From positions 40,165 through 64,164 of the forward strand of contig DASUJK010000129.1 of the NCBI GenBank assembly GCA_036279295.1: a DNA stretch of 24,000 nt, read 5' to 3'. The first letter of the stretch is position 1; each line of letters begins with the position of its first letter. The position numbers and the translations under genes were made by a program. Shown here one piece after another: positions 15,983-24,000 of the stretch. This stretch comes from Pseudonocardiaceae bacterium. GTDB taxonomy: Bacteria > Actinomycetota > Actinomycetes > Mycobacteriales > Pseudonocardiaceae. The notes beneath the pieces were generated by a model. The model made no database searches and was not told the DNA's origin. It saw only the letters and a list, made by a program, of their open reading frames with translations.

Positions 15983-16777
15983 TCAGCCCGCGGCGACGGT
16001 GGCCGACGTGATGGTCACCTTGGTCGCCGGTGGGCCGTCCGTCGGGTCGCTGCCCTGTGCCACGCCCGCCTTCGAGATCTTGTCCAGCACCGTGAGACCG
16101 GCCGGCGACACCTGACCGAACACCGCGTAGTTGGGCGGCAGATCGGAGTCCGCGTACACGAGGAAGAACTGGCTGCCGCCGCTGTGCGGCTGACCGGTGT
16201 TGGCCATCGCCAGGGTGCCCCGCGCGTACAGCGAGGCGCCCGGGGCACCCGGCGCCGGCGGCAGGTCCGTCGGGTTCTCGTCCGGGATGGTGTAGCCGGG
16301 ACCGCCCATGCCGGTGCCCGTCGGGTCACCGCACTGCAGGACGCTCAGTGACGGCGACGTGGTCAGCCGGTGGCACGGCGTCTGGTTGAAGTACCCCTTG
16401 GTCGCCAGGAACGCGAAGCTGGCCACCGTGCACGGAGCCTTGGACCTCGGCATCGTCATCGGGATGTCGCCCTGCGACGTGTGCAGCGTGACGCTCACCG
16501 TGCCGGCCCGGGGTGCCGAATTGGGCGGCAGGCCCTCGTTGTGCCCGGACGGTGCCGGCTGGTCCGGCGTCGCCGTGAAGTCGCACGTGCTGGTCCCGGT
16601 GGCGGGCGGCGCGCTGGCCGCTGCCGTCGTCGTGGCCGGTGCGACCGCTGGTGCGCTGGACGCACCACCGGCCGCGGTCGGGGTACCGGAGCCGGACTGT
16701 GCGCAACCGGCCACCAGCCCGAGCAGGGCGGTGACCGCGGCGCAGGTGATCATGGCGCGCCGATGACTGGCGGTCAT
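15983..16777 (-). CDS. Cyclophilin-type peptidyl-prolyl cis-trans isomerase, lipoprotein form
   Basis: Lipobox LLGLVAGC. Cyclophilin core CHRLTTSPSLSVLQCGDPTGTGMGGPGY...GTLAMANTGQPHSGGSQFFLVY...YAVFGQV. Confidence 0.9.
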   Translation of the reverse strand: MTASHRRAMITCAAVTALLGLVAGCAQSGSGTPTAAGGASSAPAVAPATTTAAASAPPATGTSTCDFTATPDQPAPSGHNEGLPPNSAPRAGTVSVTLHTSQGDIPMTMPRSKAPCTVASFAFLATKGYFNQTPCHRLTTSPSLSVLQCGDPTGTGMGGPGYTIPDENPTDLPPAPGAPGASLYARGTLAMANTGQPHSGGSQFFLVYADSDLPPNYAVFGQVSPAGLTVLDKISKAGVAQGSDPTDGPPATKVTITSATVAAG

Positions 16778-16815
16778 GCCGCCCCTTTCGTGCTGGTGGA
16801 CCGGTTGGTATGGGT

Positions 16816-17751
16816 TCAGCTGGCGGTGACGACGGCCTGGGTGATCGTGACCGGCTTCTTCGGCTTGCCGTCGTTGGGCGTGGTCTGGCCGCTGCTCGGG
16901 TCGGTGCCCGGCGTGATGCCCGCTTGCGCGATCTTGTGCAGCACGTCCAGGCCCGCGGCCGAGACGGAGCCGAACACGGTGTAGTCCGGCGGCAGGTGCG
17001 AGTCCTGGTAGACGATGAAGAACTGGCTGCCACCCGAGTGCGGCTGGCCGCTGTTGGCCATGGCCAGCGTGCCGGCCGGATAGACGACCGGAGCCTTCTG
17101 GCCGGCCGGCACCGGCGTGGTGCTCGGCACCGCCTTGAGCGTCTTCGGCTTCTCGTCCGGGATGGAATAGCCGGGACCACCGCTGCCGGTGCCCGTCGGG
17201 TCACCGCACTGCAGCACGAACAGCGGGTTGGGGATCGGGTAGTCGGTGATGCGGTGGCACGGGGTGTTGTCGAAGAACTTGGCGGTGACCAGGTGCAGCA
17301 TGCTCTGCACGGTGCACGGCGCCTCGGCCTTGTCGAACGTCAACGGGATGTCGCCGGCCGTGGTCTTCAACGTCACCTGGGTGGTGCCGGTCTTCGGTGT
17401 CGACGCGGGGTCGTCGGGCACGCCGACGTCCTTGCCGGCCGGTGCCGGGGCGGTCGGGGTGGTCGTGTACTTGCACGCGCCCTTGGTGGTCACAGCGGGC
17501 GGGCTGGACGTGGTCGGGCTCGCGCTGCCCGACGGCGACGCGGCGGCTGTGCCACCGTGACCCGCCGTCGCGACGAGATAAACACCACCCACGACGACGA
17601 CCACAGCGACAACGGTCACGATGACCGCGGTCAGCCTGCGCCGTTTTGCCCGCTCGACGCGCCGCGCCAGCTGACGTTCCAGCTTCCGCTTAGCTGCCTG
17701 GCGGCGCTGTTCGTTGCTCGGCACCTGCCCCTCCCCGGGGTTGACTCTCAT
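16816..17751 (-). CDS. ppiB: Cyclophilin-type peptidyl-prolyl isomerase with basic N-terminus and TM anchor (PpiB orthologue)
   Basis: N-terminus NEQRRQAAKRKLERQLARRVERAKRRR + TM closely parallels mycobacterial PpiB (Rv2582) as I recall it. Cyclophilin core CHRITDYP...LQCGDPTGTGSGGPGY...GTLAMANSGQPHSGGSQFFIVY. Confidence 0.9.
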   Translation of the reverse strand: MRVNPGEGQVPSNEQRRQAAKRKLERQLARRVERAKRRRLTAVIVTVVAVVVVVGGVYLVATAGHGGTAAASPSGSASPTTSSPPAVTTKGACKYTTTPTAPAPAGKDVGVPDDPASTPKTGTTQVTLKTTAGDIPLTFDKAEAPCTVQSMLHLVTAKFFDNTPCHRITDYPIPNPLFVLQCGDPTGTGSGGPGYSIPDEKPKTLKAVPSTTPVPAGQKAPVVYPAGTLAMANSGQPHSGGSQFFIVYQDSHLPPDYTVFGSVSAAGLDVLHKIAQAGITPGTDPSSGQTTPNDGKPKKPVTITQAVVTAS

Positions 17752-17900
17752 CCGACCGTGTGACAGCGCAGTCTAGGGCGAGGTGATGTGAGGACCGTGT
17801 GGTGGGCCGGTCCCGGTAGGCTGTCAACCGCCTGGCAACGGCCTTGACCGTTGGCCACACTGTGTGGACTGGCAAGTTTCTGCTAACCGGAGGTCGTGTC

Positions 17901-18614
17901 GTGCTGGTCGTCGGGTTCCCTACCGGGGCGCTACAGGCGAACTGCTACCTGTTGGCCGCCGATGCCGGGGAGCCCTGTGTCATCGTCGATCCCGGCCAGG
18001 ACGCGGTCGAGCCGATCATGGACTCGATCCGCCAGCACCGGCTGTCGCCGGTCGCGGTCCTGCTCACCCACGGGCACTTCGACCACACGTTCGCCGTGAC
18101 CCCGGTGTGCGACGGCCAGGACATTCCGGCTTGGATCCACCCGGACGACAGGGACATGCTGTCCGACCCGATGCGCGGCCTGAGCAGCGACGCCACCGAG
18201 TTCTTCGGCGGCCGGATCGAGATGCGGGAGCCCGCGCAGGTGCGCGAACTCGCCGACGGCGTGGTGTTGGACCTGGCCGGTCTGAAACTGGTCGTCGACC
18301 ACACTCCGGGCCATACGGGCGGGTCGGTGACGTTCCGGACCGGCCCCGAGGGACCCGACGGGCCCAGCACGCTGCTGCTGGCCGGGGACACCCTGTTCGC
18401 TGGTTCGATCGGACGTTCCGACCTGCCCGGCGGCGATCCGCGTCGGCTGCTGGAGTCCTTGCGGGACAAGGTACTCACGCTGGCCGACGAGACGGTCGTA
18501 CTGCCGGGCCACGGCCCGACGACCACCATTGGCCGGGAGCGCGCGAGCAATCCGTTCCTCGTGGGTATCAACGGCGACGACGCCACCCCGGCCGCACCGC
18601 ACCGAGGACTGTGA
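17901..18614 (+). CDS. MBL-fold metallo-hydrolase (glyoxalase II-like)
   Basis: GTG at 17901 with GGAGG 7 nt upstream. [19 protein letters not shown]-terminus and HxHxDH motif (LLTHGHFDH). The track's TTG 17844 start adds an unsupported leader. Confidence 0.85.
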   Translation: MLVVGFPTGALQANCYLLAADAGEPCVIVDPGQDAVEPIMDSIRQHRLSPVAVLLTHGHFDHTFAVTPVCDGQDIPAWIHPDDRDMLSDPMRGLSSDATEFFGGRIEMREPAQVRELADGVVLDLAGLKLVVDHTPGHTGGSVTFRTGPEGPDGPSTLLLAGDTLFAGSIGRSDLPGGDPRRLLESLRDKVLTLADETVVLPGHGPTTTIGRERASNPFLVGINGDDATPAAPHRGL

Positions 18615-18624
18615 CACCAACATC

Positions 18625-19896
18625 ATGTCGACCTTTTCCGCCCCCAAGGGCATTCCTGAATACTTCCCGCCGTCCAGCGCCGCATTCAGCACCGTACGGG
18701 ACACGTTGTTGCGGTCGGCCGCGTTGGCCGGTTACGGCTACATCGAGCTGCCGGTGTTCGAGGAGACAGCGCTGTACGCACGCGGCGTCGGCGAGTCGAC
18801 CGACGTGGTCAGCAAGGAGATGTACACCTTCCAGGACAAGGGTGGCCGGTCGGTCACCCTGCGCCCGGAGGGCACCGCAGGCGTGGTCCGGTCGGTCATC
18901 GAGCACGGCCTGGACCGAGGCCAGCTGCCGCTGAAACTGTGCTACGCCGGGCCGTTCTTCCGCTACGAGCGCCCGCAGGCCGGCCGCTACCGCCAGTTGC
19001 AGCAGGTCGGCGTCGAGGCGATCGGCAGTGACGACCCGGCGCTGGACGCCGAGGTGGTTGCGATCGGCGACGCCGGCTACCGGGCCATCGGGCTGACCGG
19101 TTTCCGGCTGGAGATCACGTCGCTCGGCGACACGAACTGCCGGCCCGCCTACCGGGAACTGCTACAGGAGTTCCTCGGCAGGCTGCCGCTGGACGAGGAC
19201 ACGCGGCGCCGGGCCGAGGTGAACCCGTTGCGGGTACTGGACGACAAACGTCCGGAGATGCAGGCGCTGCTGGCCGACGCGCCGCTGATGGTGGACCACC
19301 TGTGCGACGCGTGCCGGGAGCACTTCGACCGGGTCAAGGGCTACCTCGTGGACCTCGGCGTGAAGTTCACCGAGAACCCCAGGATGGTGCGTGGCCTGGA
19401 CTACTACACCCGCACCACGTTCGAGTTCGTGCACGACGGTCTCGGTGCCCAGTCCGGCATCGGCGGCGGTGGCCGCTACGACGGGCTGATGGCCGAGCTG
19501 GGCGGCCAGCCGCTGTCCGGCATCGGGTACGGGCTGGGCGTGGACCGCACGGTGCTGGCCGCCGAGGCCGAAGGGCTGACCGTCGGCGACCAGGCCCGGT
19601 GCGACGTGTTCTGCGTGCCGCTGGGTGACGCGGCCAAGGATCGGCTGGTGGCCGTGGCCGGTGCGTTGCGGGCTGCGGGTGTCCGGGTGGACCTGGCGTA
19701 CGGCGGCAAGGGCCTGAAGGGCGCGATGAAGGCGGCCGACCGGTCCGGCGCCCGCTATGCGGTGGTGGTCGGCGAACGCGATCTGGCGGAGGGCGCGGCG
19801 CAGCTGAAGGAGCTGTCGTCCGGTGACCAGCGGCCGGTGCCGCTGGTGGACCTGGTCGGCGCGGTGCACGAGGCGCTCGCCCTGCCGACCCCGTGA
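18625..19896 (+). CDS. hisS: Histidine--tRNA ligase
   Basis: ATG at 18625. [10 protein letters not shown], class II motifs ([48 protein letters not shown]). 423 aa. The upstream part of the track ORF overlaps the MBL gene. Confidence 0.95.
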   Translation: MSTFSAPKGIPEYFPPSSAAFSTVRDTLLRSAALAGYGYIELPVFEETALYARGVGESTDVVSKEMYTFQDKGGRSVTLRPEGTAGVVRSVIEHGLDRGQLPLKLCYAGPFFRYERPQAGRYRQLQQVGVEAIGSDDPALDAEVVAIGDAGYRAIGLTGFRLEITSLGDTNCRPAYRELLQEFLGRLPLDEDTRRRAEVNPLRVLDDKRPEMQALLADAPLMVDHLCDACREHFDRVKGYLVDLGVKFTENPRMVRGLDYYTRTTFEFVHDGLGAQSGIGGGGRYDGLMAELGGQPLSGIGYGLGVDRTVLAAEAEGLTVGDQARCDVFCVPLGDAAKDRLVAVAGALRAAGVRVDLAYGGKGLKGAMKAADRSGARYAVVVGERDLAEGAAQLKELSSGDQRPVPLVDLVGAVHEALALPTP

Positions 19897-20540
19897 CCGA
19901 ACCCGGCGGTGCCGATCAGCGCACCCCACTGGACCTGCTGCCCGGCGCCGTGTTGCGGCGCCGGGCCACGGTCGTCTCCGCGGTGGCCGTGGTGATGGGT
20001 GGCGTGTTCGGTGTGGTGTTCGGCCTGGTCGCCGACTGGCTGGTCGGGCTGCTCGCCGCGATCATCGTGTGCGTGCCGCTGGTCATGGTGGCCGTTGCCG
20101 AGGCGCGTCGGCACTGCTGGCTGGTGGGTGGCACGGTGTTCGTGCGGGCGATCGGTACCCGGTCGGTGGACCTGCGGCAGACCACCGGCATGGAACTGCT
20201 GATCACCCGTGTGCGCGGCTCCACCGTGGTCGGTGTGCTGGCCACCGGGCCGCCGAAGGGCAAGACGATCAACGTCGCCGTCGCCACGTATACCGGTGGT
20301 GGCGGTCGGGAGCTGGACATTCTGGCGCTGCGCAGACTGGCGGACGCGCTGGCCGCGGGCTCGGACACCAACGGACTGGTGTTCGCCGAACTGCTGGTTG
20401 CGCAACTGCGCGCCGAGGCGAGAGGTGAGGCGCCCGGGGGCCGGCCGCTCTATCGGGTGGCCGCGATGGCTCCCGGCGGGCGGCTCACGTACCGCATCCC
20501 GTCCGACGCGGTGGGCACGTTCGTGTCGTCGCTGGACTGA
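19893..20540 (+). CDS. Hypothetical membrane protein (two TM helices + beta-rich C-terminal domain)
   Basis: The GTG overlaps the hisS stop (GTGA). Two hydrophobic helices ([40 protein letters not shown]). Codon usage is consistent with coding. No family recognised with confidence. Confidence 0.5.
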   Translation: MTEPGGADQRTPLDLLPGAVLRRRATVVSAVAVVMGGVFGVVFGLVADWLVGLLAAIIVCVPLVMVAVAEARRHCWLVGGTVFVRAIGTRSVDLRQTTGMELLITRVRGSTVVGVLATGPPKGKTINVAVATYTGGGGRELDILALRRLADALAAGSDTNGLVFAELLVAQLRAEARGEAPGGRPLYRVAAMAPGGRLTYRIPSDAVGTFVSSLD

Positions 20541-20541
20541 G

Positions 20542-21156
20542 CTACTCGGCCGTGGACCGGCCCAGGTAGGTGAGCAGGTCGTCGCCCATGTCGATCTCGT
20601 GGCAGCCGAGCCGGTCGTAGAACGCCCTGGCCTGCGTGTTCGTCGTGAGCATGGCGAGGTGCACCGCGGGCACGCCGGCCGTGTGCAGGGCGGTGAGCAG
20701 GGTGGCCATCATGCGCCTGCCGTGGCCCGAGCGCTGGTAACCGGGCAGCAGGTCGATGTGCAGATGGGCCGGGTAGTCGGCCAGTTTCGCGTGCACCATC
20801 AGTTCCGGGTGGTGCAGGAGGTAGGCCATCTCCTCGTCCCGGTCGGCAGGCGGCCCGGCGGGTTCGGGATGCTTGGCGCCGACCAGCGGTAGCCACTTCT
20901 CCCGCATCGCCTCGGCGAACCGTGTGCTGTCCGGGGCGCCGAGCACGTAGCCGGTGACCTGGCCGCCGTCGTCCAGCACGAACGCGAAGTCCGGCTCCAG
21001 GTAGGCGTAGGGCCCGGCGAAGATGTCGCCGACCAGTTCCGGGTCGCGGTAGAGCGCCGTGGCGTCCTGGCCGCCGTCGGCGGTGCGCAGGCAGACGTCG
21101 TAGATGCCGTCCCGGTCGGCTGGTCGGAACGGACGAATCACCACATCGGCCATCAC
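20542..21156 (-). CDS. GNAT-family N-acetyltransferase
   Basis: IRPFRPADRDGIYDV N-terminus and acetyl-CoA motif LLPGYQRSGHGRRMMATLL...ARAFYDRLG. The start is either GTG at 21156 or ATG at 21153. Confidence 0.8.
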   Translation of the reverse strand: MMADVVIRPFRPADRDGIYDVCLRTADGGQDATALYRDPELVGDIFAGPYAYLEPDFAFVLDDGGQVTGYVLGAPDSTRFAEAMREKWLPLVGAKHPEPAGPPADRDEEMAYLLHHPELMVHAKLADYPAHLHIDLLPGYQRSGHGRRMMATLLTALHTAGVPAVHLAMLTTNTQARAFYDRLGCHEIDMGDDLLTYLGRSTAE

Positions 21157-21194
21157 CCGATCGTAGTGCGCGGCGAAATCGGTTTGACGGTTGT

Positions 21195-21210
21195 TCGAAC
21201 ATGTGTTCGA
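21195..21210. promoter_or_regulatory. LexA SOS box, perfect match to the actinobacterial consensus TCGAAC-N4-GTTCGA
   Basis: The sequence is TCGAAC ATGT GTTCGA. It sits in the 62-bp divergent spacer between the GNAT gene and the radical SAM gene, 9 nt upstream of the latter's GTG. It is the only such site I found in the window. Confidence 0.7.
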
Positions 21211-21218
21211 ATCGGTAG

Positions 21219-23276
21219 GTGCGATGGGACGGACAGCGGGTTCAGGGGGACGGGCAGGCGCAGGGCGCCTTGCCCGGGATCAGTGGGCTGGTGCGCAGCG
21301 TGCGTACGCCCGAGTTCAACGGCCTCGTGTTCCACGAGGTGATGGCCCGATCGGTGCTGAACAAGGTGCCGGGCGCGTCGTCCATGCCGTTCGGCTGGAC
21401 GGTGAACCCGTACCGCGGCTGTTCACACGGTTGTACGTATTGCCTGGCCGGGGACACCCCGGTGCTGATGGCCGACGGCCGCACCAAGCCGATCGCCGAT
21501 CTCGTCGTCGGCGACCGGATCTACGGCACGCGGCTGACCGGCCGATATCGCCGCTACGAGGCGACGACGGTGCTGGCGCACTGGGCCACGGACAAGCCCG
21601 CCTATCGGATCAAACTGGTCGACGGCACCGAGTTGGTGACCAGTGCCGACCACCGGTTCCTGACCGAGCGGGGCTGGAAACACGTCACCGGCACCACGAC
21701 CGGTGCGGCCCGGCGCCCCCACCTGACCACCGGCAACAAGCTGATGGGCACCGGTTCGTTCGGTGCGCAACCGGTGGTGGACGCGGACTATCGGCGCGGC
21801 TACCTGTGTGGGCTGGTGCCGGGTGGCGGTGGTGCCGGCTACCGCGACCGGGTGGCCAGGTTCCGGCTGGCCGCCGCACCGGACGGCGTGGCCGATCGGG
21901 CGGCACGGTTCCTCGCCGAATTCGGTGTGGACGCCGAACACGCCGGTGTGGTGCCCGGGTTGCTGGCGTGGCCGAGCGAGCCGAACGACCACTGGCACAA
22001 GGGTTTCCTGGCCGGAGTGTTCGACGCGCGGGGCGGCCGGTCCAGTCGGGTGCTGCGGATTCGCAATGCTGATCCCGAGGTGGTGCGGGCAGTGCTCGTC
22101 GGGTTCACCAGGTTCGGTTTCGCGCACACCGTGGAGGAGGCGGCCAAGGGCGTCGGGCCGCAGGTGGTCCGGCTCAACGGTGGACTGACCGAACACCTGC
22201 GGTTCTTCCATACGGTGGACCCGGCCGACACGAGCAAACGCACCATCGACGGGCTGGCCATCAAGTCGGGCGCGGCGCTGGGTGTGGTGTCGATCGAGGC
22301 ACTGAACAAGACGATGCCGATGTACGACATCACCACCGGCACAGGTGACTTCGTCGCCAATGGTGTGGTGTCGCACAACTGTTTCGCCAGAAATTCGCAT
22401 ACGTACCTGGATCTGGACTCGGGGCACGACTTCGACACCCAGGTCGTGGTGAAGGTCAACGCGGTCGAGGTGCTGACGGCCCAGTTACGGGCCAAGAAGT
22501 GGCAGCGAGAGCACGTCGCGATGGGTACGAACACCGATCCGTACCAACGGGCCGAGGGCCGGTACGAGTTGATGCCGGGCATCATCGGCGCGCTGGCCCG
22601 GTCCGGCACGCCGATGTCGATCCTGACCAAGGGCACGGTGCTGTCCAGGGACATCCAGTTGCTGGCCGCCGCGGCCAAGGACGTGCCGGTCGGGCTGGGC
22701 GTGTCGATCGCGTTGGTCGACCGGGACATCCAGCGTGATCTCGAACCAGGCACGCCCAGCCCGCAGGCCAGGTTGGAACTGGTCCGGCGGGTGCGCGAGG
22801 CAGGGCTGCCGTGTGGCGTGTTCGTGGCACCGGTGTTGCCGATGCTGACCGACTCGGCGGACCGGTTGGACCGGCTGTTCGCCGCGATCGCCGATGCTGG
22901 CGCGACGGGCGTGACGGTGTTGCCGCTGCACCTGAGGCCGGGCGCGCGGGAGTGGTTCGCCGCGTGGTTACGCAGGGAGCATCCGGAATTGGTGGAGTCG
23001 TACCGGCAGATCTACGGGAAGGGGAGTTACGCGGATCGTGGTTACCGGAAGCTGTTGGCAGCCCGGGTCGGTCCACTGTTACGCAGGCACGGCCTGAGCA
23101 CGGGCACCGACCGGTCCACGACGGACACGGCCACCGATGGCGCCGATGGCACTGGGCCGGTGGGCGGCGGCGCGGGGGAGTCGGACCCGGACCGCGCGGT
23201 GTGGCCTGCGGGCAGCCTGCCAGCCGGAGCACCACGGTCAGCCACGGTGGACCAGGGCCAACTCAGCCTTCTGTGA
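21219..23276 (+). CDS. SplB-like (COG1533, Rv2578c-family) radical SAM protein, intein-containing precursor
   Basis: Exteins read RSVRTPEFNGLVFHEV...PYRGCSHGCTY|CFARNSHTYLDLD...GTNTDPYQRAEGRYELMPGII...SILTKG, typical of the Rv2578c-type radical SAM family. 685-aa precursor, about 372 aa after splicing. Confidence 0.9.
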   Translation: MRWDGQRVQGDGQAQGALPGISGLVRSVRTPEFNGLVFHEVMARSVLNKVPGASSMPFGWTVNPYRGCSHGCTYCLAGDTPVLMADGRTKPIADLVVGDRIYGTRLTGRYRRYEATTVLAHWATDKPAYRIKLVDGTELVTSADHRFLTERGWKHVTGTTTGAARRPHLTTGNKLMGTGSFGAQPVVDADYRRGYLCGLVPGGGGAGYRDRVARFRLAAAPDGVADRAARFLAEFGVDAEHAGVVPGLLAWPSEPNDHWHKGFLAGVFDARGGRSSRVLRIRNADPEVVRAVLVGFTRFGFAHTVEEAAKGVGPQVVRLNGGLTEHLRFFHTVDPADTSKRTIDGLAIKSGAALGVVSIEALNKTMPMYDITTGTGDFVANGVVSHNCFARNSHTYLDLDSGHDFDTQVVVKVNAVEVLTAQLRAKKWQREHVAMGTNTDPYQRAEGRYELMPGIIGALARSGTPMSILTKGTVLSRDIQLLAAAAKDVPVGLGVSIALVDRDIQRDLEPGTPSPQARLELVRRVREAGLPCGVFVAPVLPMLTDSADRLDRLFAAIADAGATGVTVLPLHLRPGAREWFAAWLRREHPELVESYRQIYGKGSYADRGYRKLLAARVGPLLRRHGLSTGTDRSTTDTATDGADGTGPVGGGAGESDPDRAVWPAGSLPAGAPRSATVDQGQLSLL
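21441..22379 (+). mobile_element. Class-1 intein (313 aa) with degenerate LAGLIDADG homing-endonuclease insert
   Basis: Block A CLAGDTPVLMADG. Block B ELVTSADHRFLT. Blocks F/G MYDITTGTGDFVANGVVSHN followed by +1 Cys. LAGLIDADG-like motifs GYLCGLVPGGGG (21798-21833) and KGFLAGVFDARGG (21999-22037). Confidence 0.88.
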
Positions 23277-23694
23277 TGGTCGACGTCGCCTGCGGCACGG
23301 CCGGCCACGCAGCCGCAGGGCGATCGAAACGGCTGGACTGCTTGGGTCGGTCGGTCGGACAGGCTGGGCCGACGCACGGACGCGGTGGGTTCGGCTCGGC
23401 GTGCGGCGGGTTTGGCCGTGGGCGTGGCGGGCCGCGCCGTGGGCGCAACGGGCGTGGTGCGCTGGCTGTTGCGGCGGCATGGCTCGCGAGCGTGCCGGTG
23501 GGTGTGGGGTGTGGTTCGCGGGTATAGCCAGTCGCCGGGTCTGGTTAGCAAGCGTGCCGGGCACGGCTCGTGAGCGCATCGTGCATGGCTTGCCGCGCGG
23601 CCGATCGCCGATGCGGTGTGCTCGAGCCACTTGGTGGCCGCATGTGTTGGGTGCGGCCGCTGTGCGCAGGCCTCGCTGATCAGGCCTTGGTGGG

Positions 23695-24000
23695 TCAGCC
23701 GGTGGTGGTCAGTACCTCGGTGAGCAGCGCCACCATGGTGAACCAGGCTTCGCCGTCCGGGGAGTCGTTCCACAGCTCGTTGAGCTCCGAGTCGTCGGCG
23801 AGCACCCGCGTCAGTGCCTGCACCGCCACCGGTCGCAGTTCGTCGGGCAACTCCGGGATTGCCTGCTTGGGGCCGTAGGCCGAGTCCACCGGGTCGCCGT
23901 CCGGGTGCTGCGCGGCCACCAGCGCCGCCGCGGCGACGGCTGCTCCGCCTGCGTCCCGCTCCAGGTAGTCGGTCTCCTCGGCCGCCTCGGCGAGTGCCTC
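23695..24000 (-). CDS. Hypothetical protein, C-terminal part (possibly DUF4259-like); N-terminus beyond window
   Basis: The minus-strand frame is open to nt 24000: ...EALAEAAEETDYLERDAGGAAVAAAALVAAQHPDGDPVDSAYGPKQAIPELPDELR...WNDSPDGEAWFTMVALLTEVL*. The family resemblance is from memory only. Confidence 0.45.
   Translation of the reverse strand, partial: EALAEAAEETDYLERDAGGAAVAAAALVAAQHPDGDPVDSAYGPKQAIPELPDELRPVAVQALTRVLADDSELNELWNDSPDGEAWFTMVALLTEVLTTTG

Noticed and set aside
16326-17204. 292-aa minus-strand ORF bridging the two cyclophilin genes
   Set aside because: It is out of frame with both cyclophilin cores and Arg/Pro/Thr-rich. The two in-frame PPIase ORFs explain the region.
17844-17900. 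TTG start for the MBL hydrolase, and the 18529 start for hisS
   Set aside because: An SD-supported GTG at 17901 and the ATG at 18625 give N-termini matching the families. The extensions overlap neighbouring features.
23499-23516. Possible G-quadruplex (ggtgggtgtggggtgtgg)
   Set aside because: The G-runs are mostly only 2 nt long. In a ~70% GC genome such strings occur by chance.
1-24000. tRNA, rRNA, CRISPR arrays, transposases/integrases, and terminal inverted or direct repeats flanking the two inserted regions
   Set aside because: I scanned the intergenic spacers (862-950, 1408-1655, 8434-8566, 15805-15983, 17751-17900, 23277-23694). I found no cloverleaf-like, repeat-spacer or recombinase signatures, so none are reported.

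Overview
High-GC actinobacterial chromosome segment, probably Pseudonocardiales-like (organism assignment is inference). The backbone is a conserved housekeeping block: ruvB(partial)-yajC-secD-secF-apt-relA-ppiB-MBL hydrolase-hisS-...-SplB-like radical SAM. From memory this matches the order in M. tuberculosis Rv2592c..Rv2578c. Three things interrupt or decorate that backbone. (1) A tightly packed four-gene cassette lies between apt and relA (5354-8434): a YbaB-like protein, a WXG100/CpnT-N-terminal-like helper, a toxin, and an immunity protein. The toxin has a helical N-terminal domain, a Gly/Pro/Lys linker and a C-terminal deaminase signature (HAE...PxCxxC, YwqJ-like). The immunity protein is MORN/YwqK-like and overlaps the toxin by ATGA. 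(2) A two-gene operon lies between relA and ppiB (10927-15804, minus strand). A membrane-anchored type-I periplasmic-binding-protein-like gene ends 1 nt before a ~1100-1190 aa CHAT protease-NB-ARC/STAND ATPase-TPR (NLR-like) gene. The NLR-like gene is broken by a frameshift at an A5/T5 run, and its sensor half is visibly lower in GC than its surroundings. (3) The radical SAM gene carries a 313-aa class-1 intein inserted exactly in the CxxxCxxC Fe-S motif. A perfect actinobacterial LexA SOS box (TCGAAC-N4-GTTCGA) sits 9 nt upstream of its start. No tRNA, rRNA, CRISPR array or transposase was recognised. The many long antisense ORFs in the track are high-GC shadow ORFs.
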